A stretch of DNA of 64,000 nucleotides from Octopus vulgaris. Taxonomy: Eukaryota. The notes below the pieces were generated by a model, which searched no databases, was not told the DNA's origin, and saw only the letters and a program-made list of their open reading frames with translations. The DNA lies in assembly GCA_951406725.2 (NCBI GenBank), contig OX597828.1, forward strand, positions 41,726,001-41,790,000, given 5' to 3'. The position numbers and the translations under genes were made by a program. Position 1 is the first letter of the stretch. Every line of letters starts with the position of its first letter. This document shows, piece by piece, positions 39,139 to 52,829 of the stretch.

Positions 39139-39439
39139 ATTCTAAAGAATTGTATTAAAAAATTAAAATATTTTATGTATCGTTGAAGTAATAAACAATT
39201 TGCTCCACATAAATCTTAACAGCAAAATCTTATATAGACCCCCCACCCCCACAAGGTCCATATAAACCCCCACCAAGTTGAGAACCACTGGTGTAAAATG
39301 TGGTTTGAGAAAGATTTGGCTGTTATTTTTTGCGGCTTATGTGACCACATAGGGGTTGCTTCTCTGGTTTGTTTTCTATCAAGCTGTGGCTTCTGGTTGT
39401 AGATATTTTACCTTACTCCCCTACTTTAATGTCTTCGAG

Positions 39440-39585
39440 TAGGGATGAGTAACTTTTTCCGAGAAACGGGCCGCATGAGACATAGCTCACAATTAGATAA
39501 GCCGAATTACTAAAAAGGTTCGAATAATTTTCCATTTCGGCGTGCCATTCAGAAAGTCCTGCCGGTCGCTGGTTGCCCATAACTA
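39440..39585. mobile_element. Small hAT-type MITE
   Basis: Imperfect TIRs TAGGGATGAGTAAC / GTTGCCCATAACTA with subterminal GGGCCGCA. Confidence 0.5.
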
Positions 39586-41073
39586 TTTCAGAGAAAAGCA
39601 TGAATATCACAACATCAGCATCGCTTTCGATTAAAATAAGATATAAACAGAAGCTTTCATGCTTACCAAGAAATTGAAATGAGAAACCATTCCAGTTTTC
39701 TTTTAGAGTCGTTATGACATCATAGCATAGAAGGTTTGGAATTCGATATGGTTCTGAGGGAAAAGGGAGAAGGAAGAGAGATAAGGGGACAGGGAAGAAG
39801 AAGAAGAAGAAGAAGAAGAAGAAGAAGAAGAAGAGAGAGAGAGAGAGAGAGGGCAATTCAGGATCTTAATAATTATTAAAAGACCAAAAGAAGAAAGGAA
39901 AAACGGTAGAGGTGGTTGTAGTGGTGGTGGTGATGGGGGAGAAAGATATTCCTGAACATGGATACTTTCACTGAAGCAGCACTTCCCTTACCAATATCAA
40001 CGCCGCCGCCAATTCCACCACCACCACCATTACCGATACCACCATCAACTTTACGAATCTGAATAAAGAACTGATTGTGTCCATTTGAACTTTACTGATG
40101 CAAATAACATATGCAGAAATGAATGAAGAACTTTTGGACTTTCCTTACGAAAGAACGGTAGAAATTCTAACTGGCTACTTTATAGAGTTAATTTACACCG
40201 CTCTATAGATGCCTTTCATTAGAAACGCAAATGTGTTTTAGCTAGTTGTTCTTGTCATTTAATCAAAACCGAAAATCTTTATATTTCAGGTTGTAGACAA
40301 GTCATTTCTTCGGTGTTATCTCGTTATCAATCTTTAGGGAATGATAGCAAATGGTACATAAAAGTGCTGACTACCCATTTGTAAGATAATTGAGTTCTTG
40401 GGTCAAGTCAAATGTCTCCCTGTATTTCTATTCCTTTAATCTCTCTCTCTCTTACTCTCTCCATCACTCGCTCGCGCTCCGCTTCTGATTAAACTAAAGC
40501 TAATGGTTTTGCTGTCGCAGCTGAATACTAATGCTTTCAGGTTTGTGTTTTATATGCTAATGGCCTAGCGGCTCCTTTGTTACAAGGTCAAACAAGATTT
40601 TCTGATTTTCCAACATTCCATAATAAATTGTATCTAAAGATTCATAAACTATAAGCATGCTCCAACACCATAAATCTATATTTGATCAATGGGCATGTTT
40701 ATCATTTGTCGGCTTCTGTCCTGTATCTATTCAGAATCTATCCAAGCAATCATTACATGTTAATCCAAAATGTCAACATTTTCGGATTATCAAACCAACC
40801 AAAGTAAATAAAATATACAAAAAAAAAAAAAAGATAGAAAAACAACAAATCACCGGACTTGCTTCTTCTTTTTCTTCTTTTCTGTCTCTTTAATATGAAA
40901 TAGTTATGTTTGCAGGACTACCAGAGACGTGGTCAATACTGTAGCCTAGTTTTTGTTTTTCAATGAAGAGGTCTTCTGTTCAATTTCTACCTTAATCTCA
41001 GCAGTTCTAAAATGGAGAAATACCAGACCCCCGCCTCAGACATATATAAAATTCACGAATACACGCACGCACG

Positions 41074-41129
<56 letters not shown>

Positions 41130-41174
41130 CCACACCACACCACACCACACCACACCACACCACACACAAACTCA

Positions 41175-41571
41175 GAGGCGCAGGCGTGGCTGTGTGGTAA
41201 GAGGTTTGCTTTTCGGCCACATGAGTCTACGTTCAGCCTCACTCCGCGGTACCTTGGGCAAGTGTCTTCTACTATTGCCCCAGGCCGACCAAAGTCTTGT
41301 GGGTGGATTTGATAGCTGAAAACTGAAGGAAGACCGTTGTATATATGTACATGTATACGTCTATGTACGTGTGTCTTGTGTTTGTCCCCATCAACACCGC
41401 TTGACAATCGATATTGGTTTGTTTACATTCCCGTAACTTGGCGGATCGGCGGAATGAACCGATAGAATAAGTACCGGACTTATTCTGGTGTCGAATCGTT
41501 CAACTAAAACTCTTCAAGGAGATGCTTCAGCATGGCCACAATCTCATTACTGAAACAAGTAAACGATAAAA

Positions 41572-41572
<1 letters not shown>
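41175..41572 (+). mobile_element. SINE family A, diverged
   Basis: Head GGCGCAGGCGTGGCTGTGTGGTAAG through to tail. Confidence 0.8.
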
Positions 41573-41615
<43 letters not shown>

Positions 41616-42512
41616 TTGTAAAGATAAAGAGAAGAAAATGTTTTAAAGACATTGCCATGGCAAAAAGTGAAACAATGTCTTTATTTTTGAAACAAGCAGT
41701 TACAGGTTTCAATCGCATGAAGAAGACAACTTAATCCTGTTGAAAGAGAAGGAAAAATAAAATGAATTCAATTAATCTTTCATATTAGCCCTGGAAGTTC
41801 GCGTTTTTCTTATGGAAATCACACTGTGCTGTACTCCGCTTCGTTTTGATTGTTTCTGGGTAGCATACTCTAAAACATTAGAACAGTAATCTTTAGGAAG
41901 TTGATTGTTATGGTTGGTTAAAGAATGACAATTAGTTTCGCACCTATAAAGCATTTGGCCGTATGGGCGACTTGCCAGGCTCAAATGGCCGTAGGCAAAT
42001 AATCTCTCTACAACTGGAGAGAGAAAAACGCCATGATCAATTAGTTTTGTAACCAAAAGCAAATGTACAGCTGGAATGTCCGTGCAAGTGGTGTTTCAGG
42101 CGGGATGCCGTTATCTCCCTTACATAGGCGCCATTCGTGTCGATCTTCAGAAATGCTGTCTTGGTTCTATTCGACGAATGGAGAACTTCAAGCTTGTAAC
42201 TAGAGACGTCTCAGATGTGGACATTGACTACATGCTTCTTTCTTGGAATTTAAAAAGGATCCCAGGTCAAGCGAGTATTTCAGGATACTTGCTCTTTCTA
42301 CCAAATAAAAAATACATTATTTACTCCGTTTGTATATGTTCCAGGTGGTTCAGACGCTGCTTAAAAGAGCCCCACCCCCGGGTCAACCGACATATTTCTG
42401 TGTCTGCGCACTGAATATGCCACAGCCGATGATGTTTCGTTCGTTAACTCCTGGCCTGATGTCTTTGCTGTTGTTACTGCAAGTGTTATTCCTGGAGTCG
42501 CTGCCGTTGCTG

Positions 42513-42614
<102 letters not shown>

Positions 42615-43408
42615 TCATATATTTGGTGTGACGCTGAGAAGCGGTGTCCGGTACCAGAATTTTCGACTTGACCCGAATGTAACAAACTTCTCCAAACCAT
42701 TGTTACAGTATCTGCATAAGTGATGCCTTAACTGAGGAAGGTATAACGTAGTGGGTGCATTTCCTATTAGACATTACGCAAACCGGACGCACATACTAAA
42801 TGGTTTCAAAATATCACAATTTAGTCTAACTTCATTATTACAGCTATGTGTTTGTATGTATGTCTGTGTGAGTGTGTGTGCGTGTGTGCGAGAGTGCCTG
42901 TGTGTGCGCGTGTGTGTAAGTGATGTGTGTGGGACTGTGTGTATGTGAGTGTGTGTGTGCGCGCCCGTGTGTGTGTACGTATGTGTATGAGTGTGTGTGT
43001 GCGTGTGTGCGTGTATGCATGTGTATGTGTGTGTGAGTGTGTATGTGTGTGCGTGTGTGTATGTATGTGTGTGCGTGCCTGTATGTATGTGTGTGTGTGT
43101 GTATGTATAGTTCGTTCAAACAATTAAATTATCTGTTTCTGAATTAACGTGTAAACGGCTGAGATATTCCACAAGCACGTTGTCTTTTGGCGTAGTTCCA
43201 AACCAGAATCAGCGGGATTCAGTGTGTGACAACATCACATTTTTTAAATCCCAGCTGCAATCCATTACACGGTTCCATATAGTTTTCCAAATTCAGTCAC
43301 AATCTATGGCTCGACACGTGGCTAAAGAGAATATCGCTCACGCAAGAGAGTACGTCGTTTGGTGAACTACGAACTCATGGTTAAGAGGCGAACTTCTAAA
43401 ACATTCTA

Positions 43409-43453
<45 letters not shown>

Positions 43454-43471
43454 GTGAAACTGTGTATGAAT

Positions 43472-43539
<68 letters not shown>

Positions 43540-43663
43540 ATGTAAAACATATATTTAAGAAAATATACGCATGTATACTTACGTACATGCATATATATAT
43601 GTGTGTATGTATATGTGTGTGTGTATATATATATATATATAAATATGTGTGCGTGTATGTATA

Positions 43664-44073
<410 letters not shown>

Positions 44074-44700
44074 CCTGTCAACCTACCTAACTGTATACAT
44101 GTATTTTTATGTTTATAAGTGTGCCTCGCTCTCTTTCTCTCTCTCTCTCTCTCTCTTTACACACACACATATATTATACAATTTGTGTGTATACATCAAT
44201 ATATACACTCTGTATATACTAAGCTAACGCAGAAGAATTGATAAATATGATTCCTTGGTGCAAGTTTTCCAACAACCAGTTCATTAATCAAAGTTAATGA
44301 AGCAGCTAAAAACTTGTCTACTTTCACGCATTTACCGTCCCTAACCACCACCACCACCACCAATACCACCATCACCACCACCACAGCACACCCCAGACTA
44401 TCGCTACTACCACAGCCCCACCCCATTTAAGAACAGCATATTCATATTCCATCCAACCTACAATTCATTTAATCTCTTACACAAGTGATAATTAAATTTG
44501 ATATTCAAATTTGACCCGAACAGGTAAAACTCTTAACCTGCGATCTTTAGCGCTGATACTCTTCAACTTGGGAGCAAAGGCTGCGGTCTTTATCATCCAA
44601 GCTGTTACCGGTCGATCGATGAAATAAAGTTTAGAACTACTCAGATTTAATTGATTAACGCCAGTTGGCGATAAGTCGTCGAAAACTTCTTCTGCCATTA

Positions 44701-44779
<79 letters not shown>

Positions 44780-44781
<2 letters not shown>

Positions 44782-44949
44782 TAGTTTTATTTTTATAGTG
44801 TGCTTTCACTTCACTACCGAGCGCAGCTCTGTGTGCCTTGTGTATGTGCTGTGATTTATTGTGATGCTCTGATGGTTATTGTATGGAAAGTGGATGTGTG
44901 CAGTGCCTAGTAGTGCAATTTTCTGTATGTTATATGTGTTTGTATCTTC

Positions 44950-44950
<1 letters not shown>
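44780..44950 (-). mobile_element. R4/Dong-like LINE 3' end
   Basis: Minus TNTYNIQKIALLGTAHI; (TAA)n tail. Confidence 0.65.
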
Positions 44951-45008
<58 letters not shown>

Positions 45009-45009
45009 G

Positions 45010-45593
45010 TCATTTACTTTTAATCTGCATGTTTGATGCAATCACCTGCCGGGACACACCCAGCGCCCTAGGGCAAGTGAAGGTTAAGAGTTGTTGAAAT
45101 ATAGCTGAAAGCTTGGGTAGGGGAAGTAGAGATATATCTCCATGTAATGCAAACACAGACATTTACATTGATAGGGTTTTTCTAAGGATGTGGGCAGTAC
45201 TTGTTAGCACAATCTTTTGGATTTCCTTGAGACATGGTTTTCAGGGATATTGTCTAGGTGTTTCTGACATCCCTTTTTTATCATACCTAGGGCACCTACA
45301 ATAACAGGAACAGTTTTTGTTTTAAGATTCCACATCCTCTGTATTTCGATTTCCAGGTCCTTATATTTACTAAGTTTGTCAAATTCCTTGACAGATACAT
45401 TTTTATCAGTGGGGACGCTTACTTCTATTAGTCTGCAGGTATTTTCTTCCCTGTCTTTAACAATTATGTCTGGTCGATTAGCCTTGATCGTTCTGTCAGT
45501 GTTGACTGGAAAATCCCAGAGGATGGTGACATCTTTACCTTCAACAACTGGCTGAGGATGGTGTTCATACCAGTTAGCAGGAGTGTCGGATTT

Positions 45594-45594
<1 letters not shown>
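45010..45594 (-). mobile_element. R4/Dong-like LINE RLE endonuclease domain plus 3' UTR
   Basis: Open ~115 aa, not in the ORF track: NWYEHHPQPVVEGKDVTILWDFPVNTDRTIKANRPDIIVKDREENTCRLIEVSVPTDKNVSVKEFDKLSKYKDLEIEIQRMWNLKTKTVPVIVGALG; one frameshift near the end; TAA on both sides. Confidence 0.85.
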
Positions 45595-45669
<75 letters not shown>

Positions 45670-45671
<2 letters not shown>

Positions 45672-45880
45672 TCATTTGACTCGGGTTACAATCTCTAACC
45701 TTAGGTATCTACAGTCTTTCGACAGTCTTTCAAATGTTTACTTCTCTCTTGATAATCTTTTCTGTCCCTAAGAGGTAAATTTGCTACAGATGCTCTACAG
45801 GATATTCTATTCCAATCTCCTTCAATGATTTATCTGTATCTTTGCTTACAATTCCCAATGCACCAGTTACTACAGACACT
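45670..45880 (-). mobile_element. R4/Dong-like LINE 3' end (third lineage)
   Basis: Minus VVTGALGIVSKDTDKSLKEIGIEYPVEHL*QIYLLGTEKII. Confidence 0.65.
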
Positions 45881-46250
45881 GGCGGCAGGCTGGCAGAAAC
45901 GTTAACACGCCGAGCGAAATGCTTAGCGGTATTTCGTCTGCCGCTACGTTCTGAGTTGAAATTCCGCCGAGGTCGACTTTACCTTTCATCCTTTCGGGGT
46001 CGATAAATTAAGTACCAGTTACGCACTGGGGTCGATGTAATCGACTTAATACCTATGTCTGGCCTTGTTTGTCCCCTCTATGTTTAGCCCCTTGTTGGTA
46101 ATAAAGAAACAGGTATTTCGTCTGTCTTTAAGTTCTGAGTTCAGATTCCGCCGAGGTCAATTTTGCTTATCCTTTGAGGGTCAATAAATTAAGTCTCGAT
46201 TGGTCTCCTCCCCCAAAATTTCGGGTCGTGTGCCTAGAGTAGAAAATATT
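45881..46250 (+). mobile_element. SINE family B dimer (B1-B2)
   Basis: Two units joined at aaagaaacag|gtatttcgtctg. Confidence 0.88.
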
Positions 46251-46261
46251 ATAATCATTGT

Positions 46262-46760
46262 TGTTTTACTTCTCAGAACGTTCGCTCTTGTTTGTTCTGG
46301 TAGCTCCCATCAGAGCGGAGAGCAGCCTGACGTCAGAGGTCTCACAGTGTCTTTTTCCGCACATTATAAGCTTTGATATTTGGTTGTTAATTATCGTGTG
46401 AGAGGGAGAGACATTCAACATCTATGTACCAGTCTCAGAATCCTAGCTGTCCCCAGCAGAGCAGTTTTACCTGGAGATGTACGTTTAAGTGACAAAGAAC
46501 TAGAAAAGCTTGAAAAGTACAGACTACTAAAAGACCAAATTGCAATAACGTGGACTATGAGGAGATTGTTTGTCATTCCAGTAGTTGTAGGGGTGCTCGG
46601 AGCCCTAACAACCAAGTTCGAGTAATATGTCAGGGAAATTGGAATTGAGATGAGGGTAGAGCAAGCCCCCAAAACTGCTCAGCTGGGGACAGCTAGGATT
46701 TTGAGACTGGTACTTAGATATTGAATGTCTCGCACGATAATTAACAACCAAGTATCAAAG
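46262..46760. mobile_element. R4/Dong-like 3' end with an inverted segment
   Basis: Plus strand PGDVRLSDKELEKLEKYRLLK...VIPVVVGVLGAL...KTAQLGTARILRLVL; minus strand 46262-46468 KTALLGTARILRLV plus the UTR. Confidence 0.8.
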
Positions 46761-46812
46761 ATCCTCATCATCATCATCATCATCATCATTATTATTGTTA
46801 TTGTTATTGTTA

Positions 46813-46870
<58 letters not shown>

Positions 46871-47392
46871 GGCGGCTAACTTGGCAGAATCGTTAGCACG
46901 CCGGGCGAAATGTTTAGTGGCATTCCGTCCGCCTTGTCGTTCTGAATTCAAATTGCACCGAGGTCGACTTTGACTTTCATCCCTTCGGGGTCAGTAAAAC
47001 AAGTACCAGTTGAATACTGGGGTCGATGTAATCGACTAGTCCCTTCCTCCAAAATTTCAGGCTTTGTGCTTAAGGTAGAAATTCTTCTTCTTCTTCTTCT
47101 TCTTCTTCTTCTTCTTCTTCTTCTTCTTCTTCTTCTTCTTCTTCTTCTTCTATTATTATTATTATTATTATTATTATTAAAGCGGCGAGCTGGCAGAGTC
47201 GTTAGCTGCCAGGCGAAATGCTTAGCGCCATTTCCTCCATCTTTACGTTCTGAGTTCAAATTTAACCGAGGTTGATTTTACCTGTCATCTTTTCCGGGTC
47301 GATAAATCAAGTACCAGTGAAACACTGGGGTTGGCGTAATCTACTCGTCCCCTCCCTCAAAATAACTGCCCTTGTGGCAAATTTTGAAATGA
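46871..47392 (+). mobile_element. Two SINE B2 monomers separated by (CTT)n(TTA)n
   Basis: Heads at 46871 and 47181. Confidence 0.85.
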
Positions 47393-47413
47393 TAATAATA
47401 ATAATAATAATAA

Positions 47414-47572
47414 TAGGAGTGGTTGTGTGGTAAGTAGCTTGCTTACCAACTACATGGTTCCGGGTTCAGTCCCACTGCGTGGCATCTTGGGCAAGTGTCT
47501 TCTGCTATAGCCTCGGGCCGACCAAAGCCTTGTGAGTGGATTTGGTAGATGGAAACTGAAAGAAGCCTGTCG

Positions 47573-47607
<35 letters not shown>

Positions 47608-47840
47608 GTATGTGTGTGTATATGTTTGTGTGTCTGTGTTTGTCCCCCTAGCATTGCTTGACAACCGATGCTGGTGTGTTTACGTCTCCGTCACTTAGCG
47701 GTTCGGCAAAAGAGACCGATAGAATAAGTACTGAGCTTACAAAGAATAAGTTCCGGGGTCGATTTGCTCAACTAAAGGCGGTGCTCCAGCATGGCCGCAG
47801 TCAAATGACTGAAACAAGTAAAAGAGTAAAGAGTAAAGAG
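47414..47840 (+). mobile_element. SINE family A, full length
   Basis: Near-consensus match. Confidence 0.92.
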
Positions 47841-47984
47841 TAATAATCATTACTACTACTATCATTATTCACTGCAGAATACATAAAACATTTATTTGCA
47901 TCAGTTTGGTGCGTATTTGCGTTATTCATTTCATTCCAAGTTGTTCATACATGACCACCAGGAACCTGTTACTGGTTTTCTACT

Positions 47985-48677
47985 GTTGTGTAGCCCCTCA
48001 AGGGCCCACCAAATAAGTTCGGTGGGCGTTTAATTCAATTGAAACAAACACAACTCAACAAGATGGTTGAGCGCGTTTTGAAAGAGTTGAGAAAAAAATA
48101 AAAAAAACCTCTCCCATGAATCTGGTGACTACTGAAGATTTCCCTCCCTTCTCCCCCCCACCGTTATTGGCAACAATACAGGGAGAAGGAGAGGAAGAAG
48201 ATCGAGACAGTTACAGTACAAAGTCCACCTTGTAGTAACAGTAGTAGTAATAGTAATAGCAACAGTGGTAGCAGTGACAACAGCAGCAGCCGCAGGAGGC
48301 GCAATGGCCCAGTGGTTAGGGCAGCGGACTCGCGGTCGGAGGATCGCGGTTTCGATTCCCAGACCGGGCGTTGCGTGTGTTTATTGAGCGAAAACACGTA
48401 AAGCTCCACGAAGCTCCGGCAGGGGGTGGTGGTGACCCCTGTTGTACTCTTTCTCTCACTCTTTGTTCCTGTTTCTTGTCCCCGACTTCCTACGCCACCG
48501 TTGAGCCTGGATGCGCCTTCGTCCATCCGTCGATGCTCTCGGTGTCAGGGGTTGACCTACTTTCTCTTCTGCAGGTCTTACGAATAGCAAAGGACCACGT
48601 TTCGGACTTCTCCCAAGGACGAAGACCGCTTCGCTCAACAAACAAACAAGAAGCAGCCGCAACAGTGATAGCAGAAA

Positions 48678-48722
<45 letters not shown>

Positions 48723-50699
48723 CAACAAGAACAACAACGAAAGAGAGAGCAACTACAGCGGCAGTAGCGATAACAACAACAGCAACAACGATAGCAAAAG
48801 TGACAACAGCAACAACAACAAAACCAGTACCAACATCATCGACGTGAACAACGACAGCAACAATAACGGCAGCAGCAGTAACAACTGCAACAACATCAAC
48901 GAGAACATATCCAACAGCAAAAGCACGTCCGCGGCAGCAGCAGCGAAAAGAAACAACGCTTTACTGTAGACCTCACAAATAGGGACGAAATGCTAACGCA
49001 GCATGGAAACTAATTAAACAAGAAAAGACACGGGGGCCATTCTAACTATTCCGTCAGAGGCATTTGAAGCAGTGGAGAGAAGAACGCTGCTTTTCAGATG
49101 CATCTCAACAGAGACAAACATTACGGCTTTAATAGCACAAGTAGATCCTGAAGAGGCGCTGAGGTGCATCAGAGATGACATAGAGTACATAGCAAATGGA
49201 AAATAAAACAGCATCATTTCGGTACTGTTTAAGTCAGAAGATCTCGCTACGAACATTCAGTGAGCCATTGCAAAACCAGCAAAGTCATTATGTACCCCTC
49301 CCACCAGGTGAAATGTACAGCACGTGTCCGCATTCTTAGGATCCCACCAGGACTTGATATTTGGTGGCTTCTGGTATGCGTAATCGTGGAGGGGACGGAT
49401 ACTGTCCCGATAGAAGTAACAAGAACTGCCAGAGAGGACTGGTCCTATCTAGGATTTTCACTAGGAAAATAGATAGTAATAGTGTAGGATGTCCAGCCAA
49501 AATGGAGTGCCTCCTCTTCAAATTATTGTGGAGGGAACAGGTTCCATTGGTGAGGTGGCCTATCTGCTCCCAACACCCTCTACGTGGAGGACTGCGCATG
49601 CCGTGGCTAATGATGCGCAGACATGCACAGAGGTTGCGGCATCTCCAGATATTCTGCCTAAACGGTGAATAGGAGTTGTCGCCGTTTGCCAAACAGGCCT
49701 TTCCCCAGCTCGTCTCCTTGACTGAGCTGCAGTCCCGGGTCAAGAAGACACCGAGCTAGGGTGACTGGCATCTGGAATATTGCCAGGCACTCGCTGCCTT
49801 CTATCAGTCGGGCAATGCGATTAACGGAACATCCACTCTTGAATTCTATAGAGGGTTAGTGGAGGAAAAGTGCGATGACGCACTTGAAGAGACGTTAGGC
49901 GTTGACGAAGTCGAATTGACCAATCTGTTCAGGAGACTTTCGAGCCGGGGACGATGGATAACTTCCAGAAATCCCTAGCTTAGCAGTGCTACCGGGGTGG
50001 AGGGCACTGCCGTTTCGCGATAAACTCTACAGGCACGGAAGTGTTGTCAGACGGACCTGCCCGAGATGCGCGTTGAGCAACGAAACCGTTCTTCACGCAC
50101 TTGTCCAGTGTCTTGCATTACTGATTTGTGGAGTTATGTTGAACAGCTGTTATCACGTGTAGGATGGATCCGGCTATCAGCCGTGTCCATAGTGAAAGTC
50201 GATCCGCTGCCTTCCATTGGTCCAGAAGGGCAGGAAATTTTCCCCTGTCTGATAGCAGTAGCGAAAGAGGTTGTATGGTGGATCAGGTTGAAAAACTTGA
50301 AGATAGACACTTTTTTCTTCGGCCAATCCCTCATCAACTTTTTCAAATTTCACTTGGAACGGAAGATGAGGGAATAGAGGGGAGTGATGCCTCCCCGTAC
50401 ATTTTCTAAAAGGTGGGTGAATGTAGCGAAAATGGCCCATGTTAGTGGACCTACTCTAATAACGCGCCTGTAGGCTAGTGAATTTGAGAGGGAGAAGGGT
50501 GCTCTTCCCGGATGCCCTCGAAGCGTCGAGTGGCCCAGGATTAGTGGGGTACCTGAGCCAACTCCAGGAACTTTCATTGTTATATTTTTTGTTTGATATT
50601 ATTGTTATTATTTTAATTGTGTACTCGTTGTGTAAAATCCCCACTATCCATGTCTACTGTATTGTCCTCTATATGTCGGCCCTAGTAGCCAATAAATGA

Positions 50700-50770
<71 letters not shown>
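47985..50770 (+). mobile_element. Tx1-like LINE with probable internal deletion (putative ORF1 5' part joined to ORF2 3' part, TAA tail)
   Basis: 49500-50460 is homologous to 12569-13250 (LFKLLW, QHPLRGGLRMPWLMMRRHAQRLRHLQ, TCPRC); 48990-49440 is a decayed ORF1-like frame (ARVRILRIPPG); the 5' boundary is uncertain. Confidence 0.7.
48295..48651 (+). mobile_element. SINE C2 (family C tRNA head, different body and tail) with 10-bp TSD
   Basis: Head nearly identical to family C; diverges after about 48470; ends (AAAC)n; agcagccgca at 48285-48294 and 48652-48661. Confidence 0.85.
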
Positions 50771-50772
<2 letters not shown>

Positions 50773-51030
50773 TCTTTTATTGGCCACAAGGGCTGACAAA
50801 AATCAATTATCACATTAAGGGACAAAAACAGGACGAAAGGTTACAAAGGGTTTTGTCCGTTTGTAAAGTCGAGTAAAAAACAGTTTAACAGCGAAAGATT
50901 ATAACAATGAAAATCTCCCAAAAGGGGGAGGCGTTACGAAAGGTTCCTGGTGGAAAAAACCCATAAAAGCCAACGGGAGCCTGGTCAAAAAAAGGGGGGG
51001 GGGTAGAGAGCTCCTTTCTTCTTTTACTTT
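50771..51030 (-). mobile_element. Second Tx1-like 3' UTR, tail-to-tail with the preceding copy
   Basis: Minus strand ends cagcccttgtggccaataaaagaa, similar to cggccctagtagccaataaatgaa at 50677-50700. Confidence 0.55.
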
Positions 51031-51084
51031 ACCTTTTTTAAATCACAGGTATAATCTCAGAATGGAATTAGTAGCATGAATGCG

Positions 51085-51450
51085 GTCATCTGGCAGAATC
51101 GTTAGCCCCGCCGGGCAAAATGCTTAGCAGTATTTCGTCTGCCGCTACGTTCCGAGTTCAAATTCCGCCGAGGTCAACTTTGCCTTTCATCCTTTCGGGA
51201 TCGATTAAATAAGTACCAGTTACGCACTGGGGTCGATATAATCGACTTAATCCGTTCGTCTGTCTTTGTTTGTCCTCTCTGTGTTTAGACCCTTGTGGGT
51301 AATAAAGAAATAGGCATTTCATCCGTCTATACGTTCTGAATTCAATTTCGACTTTTATTATTTATCGTTTCAGGTAGATAAAATAAGTACCAGTTAAACA
51401 CTGGTGTTCCCGGAAATCGCTGGCCTTGTATCGAAATTTGAAACTGCTAT
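51085..51450 (+). mobile_element. SINE family B dimer
   Basis: Head ctggcagaatcgttagc; junction aaagaaatag|gcatttc. Confidence 0.8.
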
Positions 51451-51754
51451 TACTCATTCTGATAGAGCGACTGGTTAGAGTATGCTAGGTATGAAACATC
51501 TCACGTTTTTCGTACAGCGATATTGTATGACCTTTAAAGCGGAGAAGGCGGCGGTTGTTGATTTGACCTTTTAGTTCTTGGAAAGCATTCATTCATCAGC
51601 AGTTATAATGTATTCATAATTATTCAGGTCACCACTAGTAATTAAGTATGAAACCTCTGAGTGTGTATGTGTGTGTTTGTGTGTACGTGTGCATGTGTTG
51701 GGTTTGTGGGGTGTTTATGTGTAGGATGGGTGTGCAGGTGCGTATGACTGTATG

Positions 51755-51787
<33 letters not shown>

Positions 51788-51976
51788 GTGTGCGTGTGTG
51801 GGCATGTATGTGTGTGTGTTCGTGCGTACCTATGAGTGGTTATGAATGTATGAGTGTATGTACGTGTGTGTATGTATGTGTGTATGCGTGTTTGTGTGTA
51901 TATATATGGGTATGAATGACTGTATGTGTGTCTATGAATGTATGTGTGTATGTATGTATATGTTTGTGTTCATGTG

Positions 51977-52014
<38 letters not shown>

Positions 52015-52377
52015 GATATGTAGGAATGTGTGTGTGTGTTTTATACACATTCGTATGTGTTCGTGCGTCCGGTTAAGTTTGTATGTATGCGTGTGTATGT
52101 TTGTATTCATGTAAATATATTTGTATATTTATGCATATGCGCTTGTGTGTTTGTATACATACATACACACACACGCGCACATACACATATATATGTATGT
52201 GTATGAGTTTGTGTGTTTGTATGTCCGTGTGTGTGTGTCCCTGTGTTCGTATGCGTTTGTGGGAGAATTAATGAGTTTATATATATTCTTTTAATGTATG
52301 TATGCTCATGTGTAAGTGTGCACGCGCATGTATGTACACACACACAAGCAGTCATATATATATACACACACACACAC

Positions 52378-52423
<46 letters not shown>

Positions 52424-52503
52424 GTATGTATATACATACATATAAATGCATACACACATATATTTGTCTTCGTGCATTAAGCGTTGGCATTACAACCATC
52501 TAC

Positions 52504-52571
<68 letters not shown>

Positions 52572-52829
52572 CTAGTTTTCCAGATGCAACACTTCTCAAT
52601 AGAATAGGTCAGACTTAAGCTAAAACCAATATTGTGACACAATGAATCTGTTTGACATATTGTGACTGTGCCCCAATTTTTAAATATATCTTTTATCGGT
52701 GAAAGCTACACATATTTTGGAGAGAGAACGATCCTATAACTGGCTATAGTGTTAATGTCTGTGTATATTCAAACTATATTATTTGCAGAACTGTGTGTGT
52801 GTGTACACGGCTATTGAAGTCATTAAAAT

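Noticed and set aside
48295-48370. tRNA gene
   Set aside because: tRNA-like head continues into a SINE body with TSD; no complete acceptor stem.
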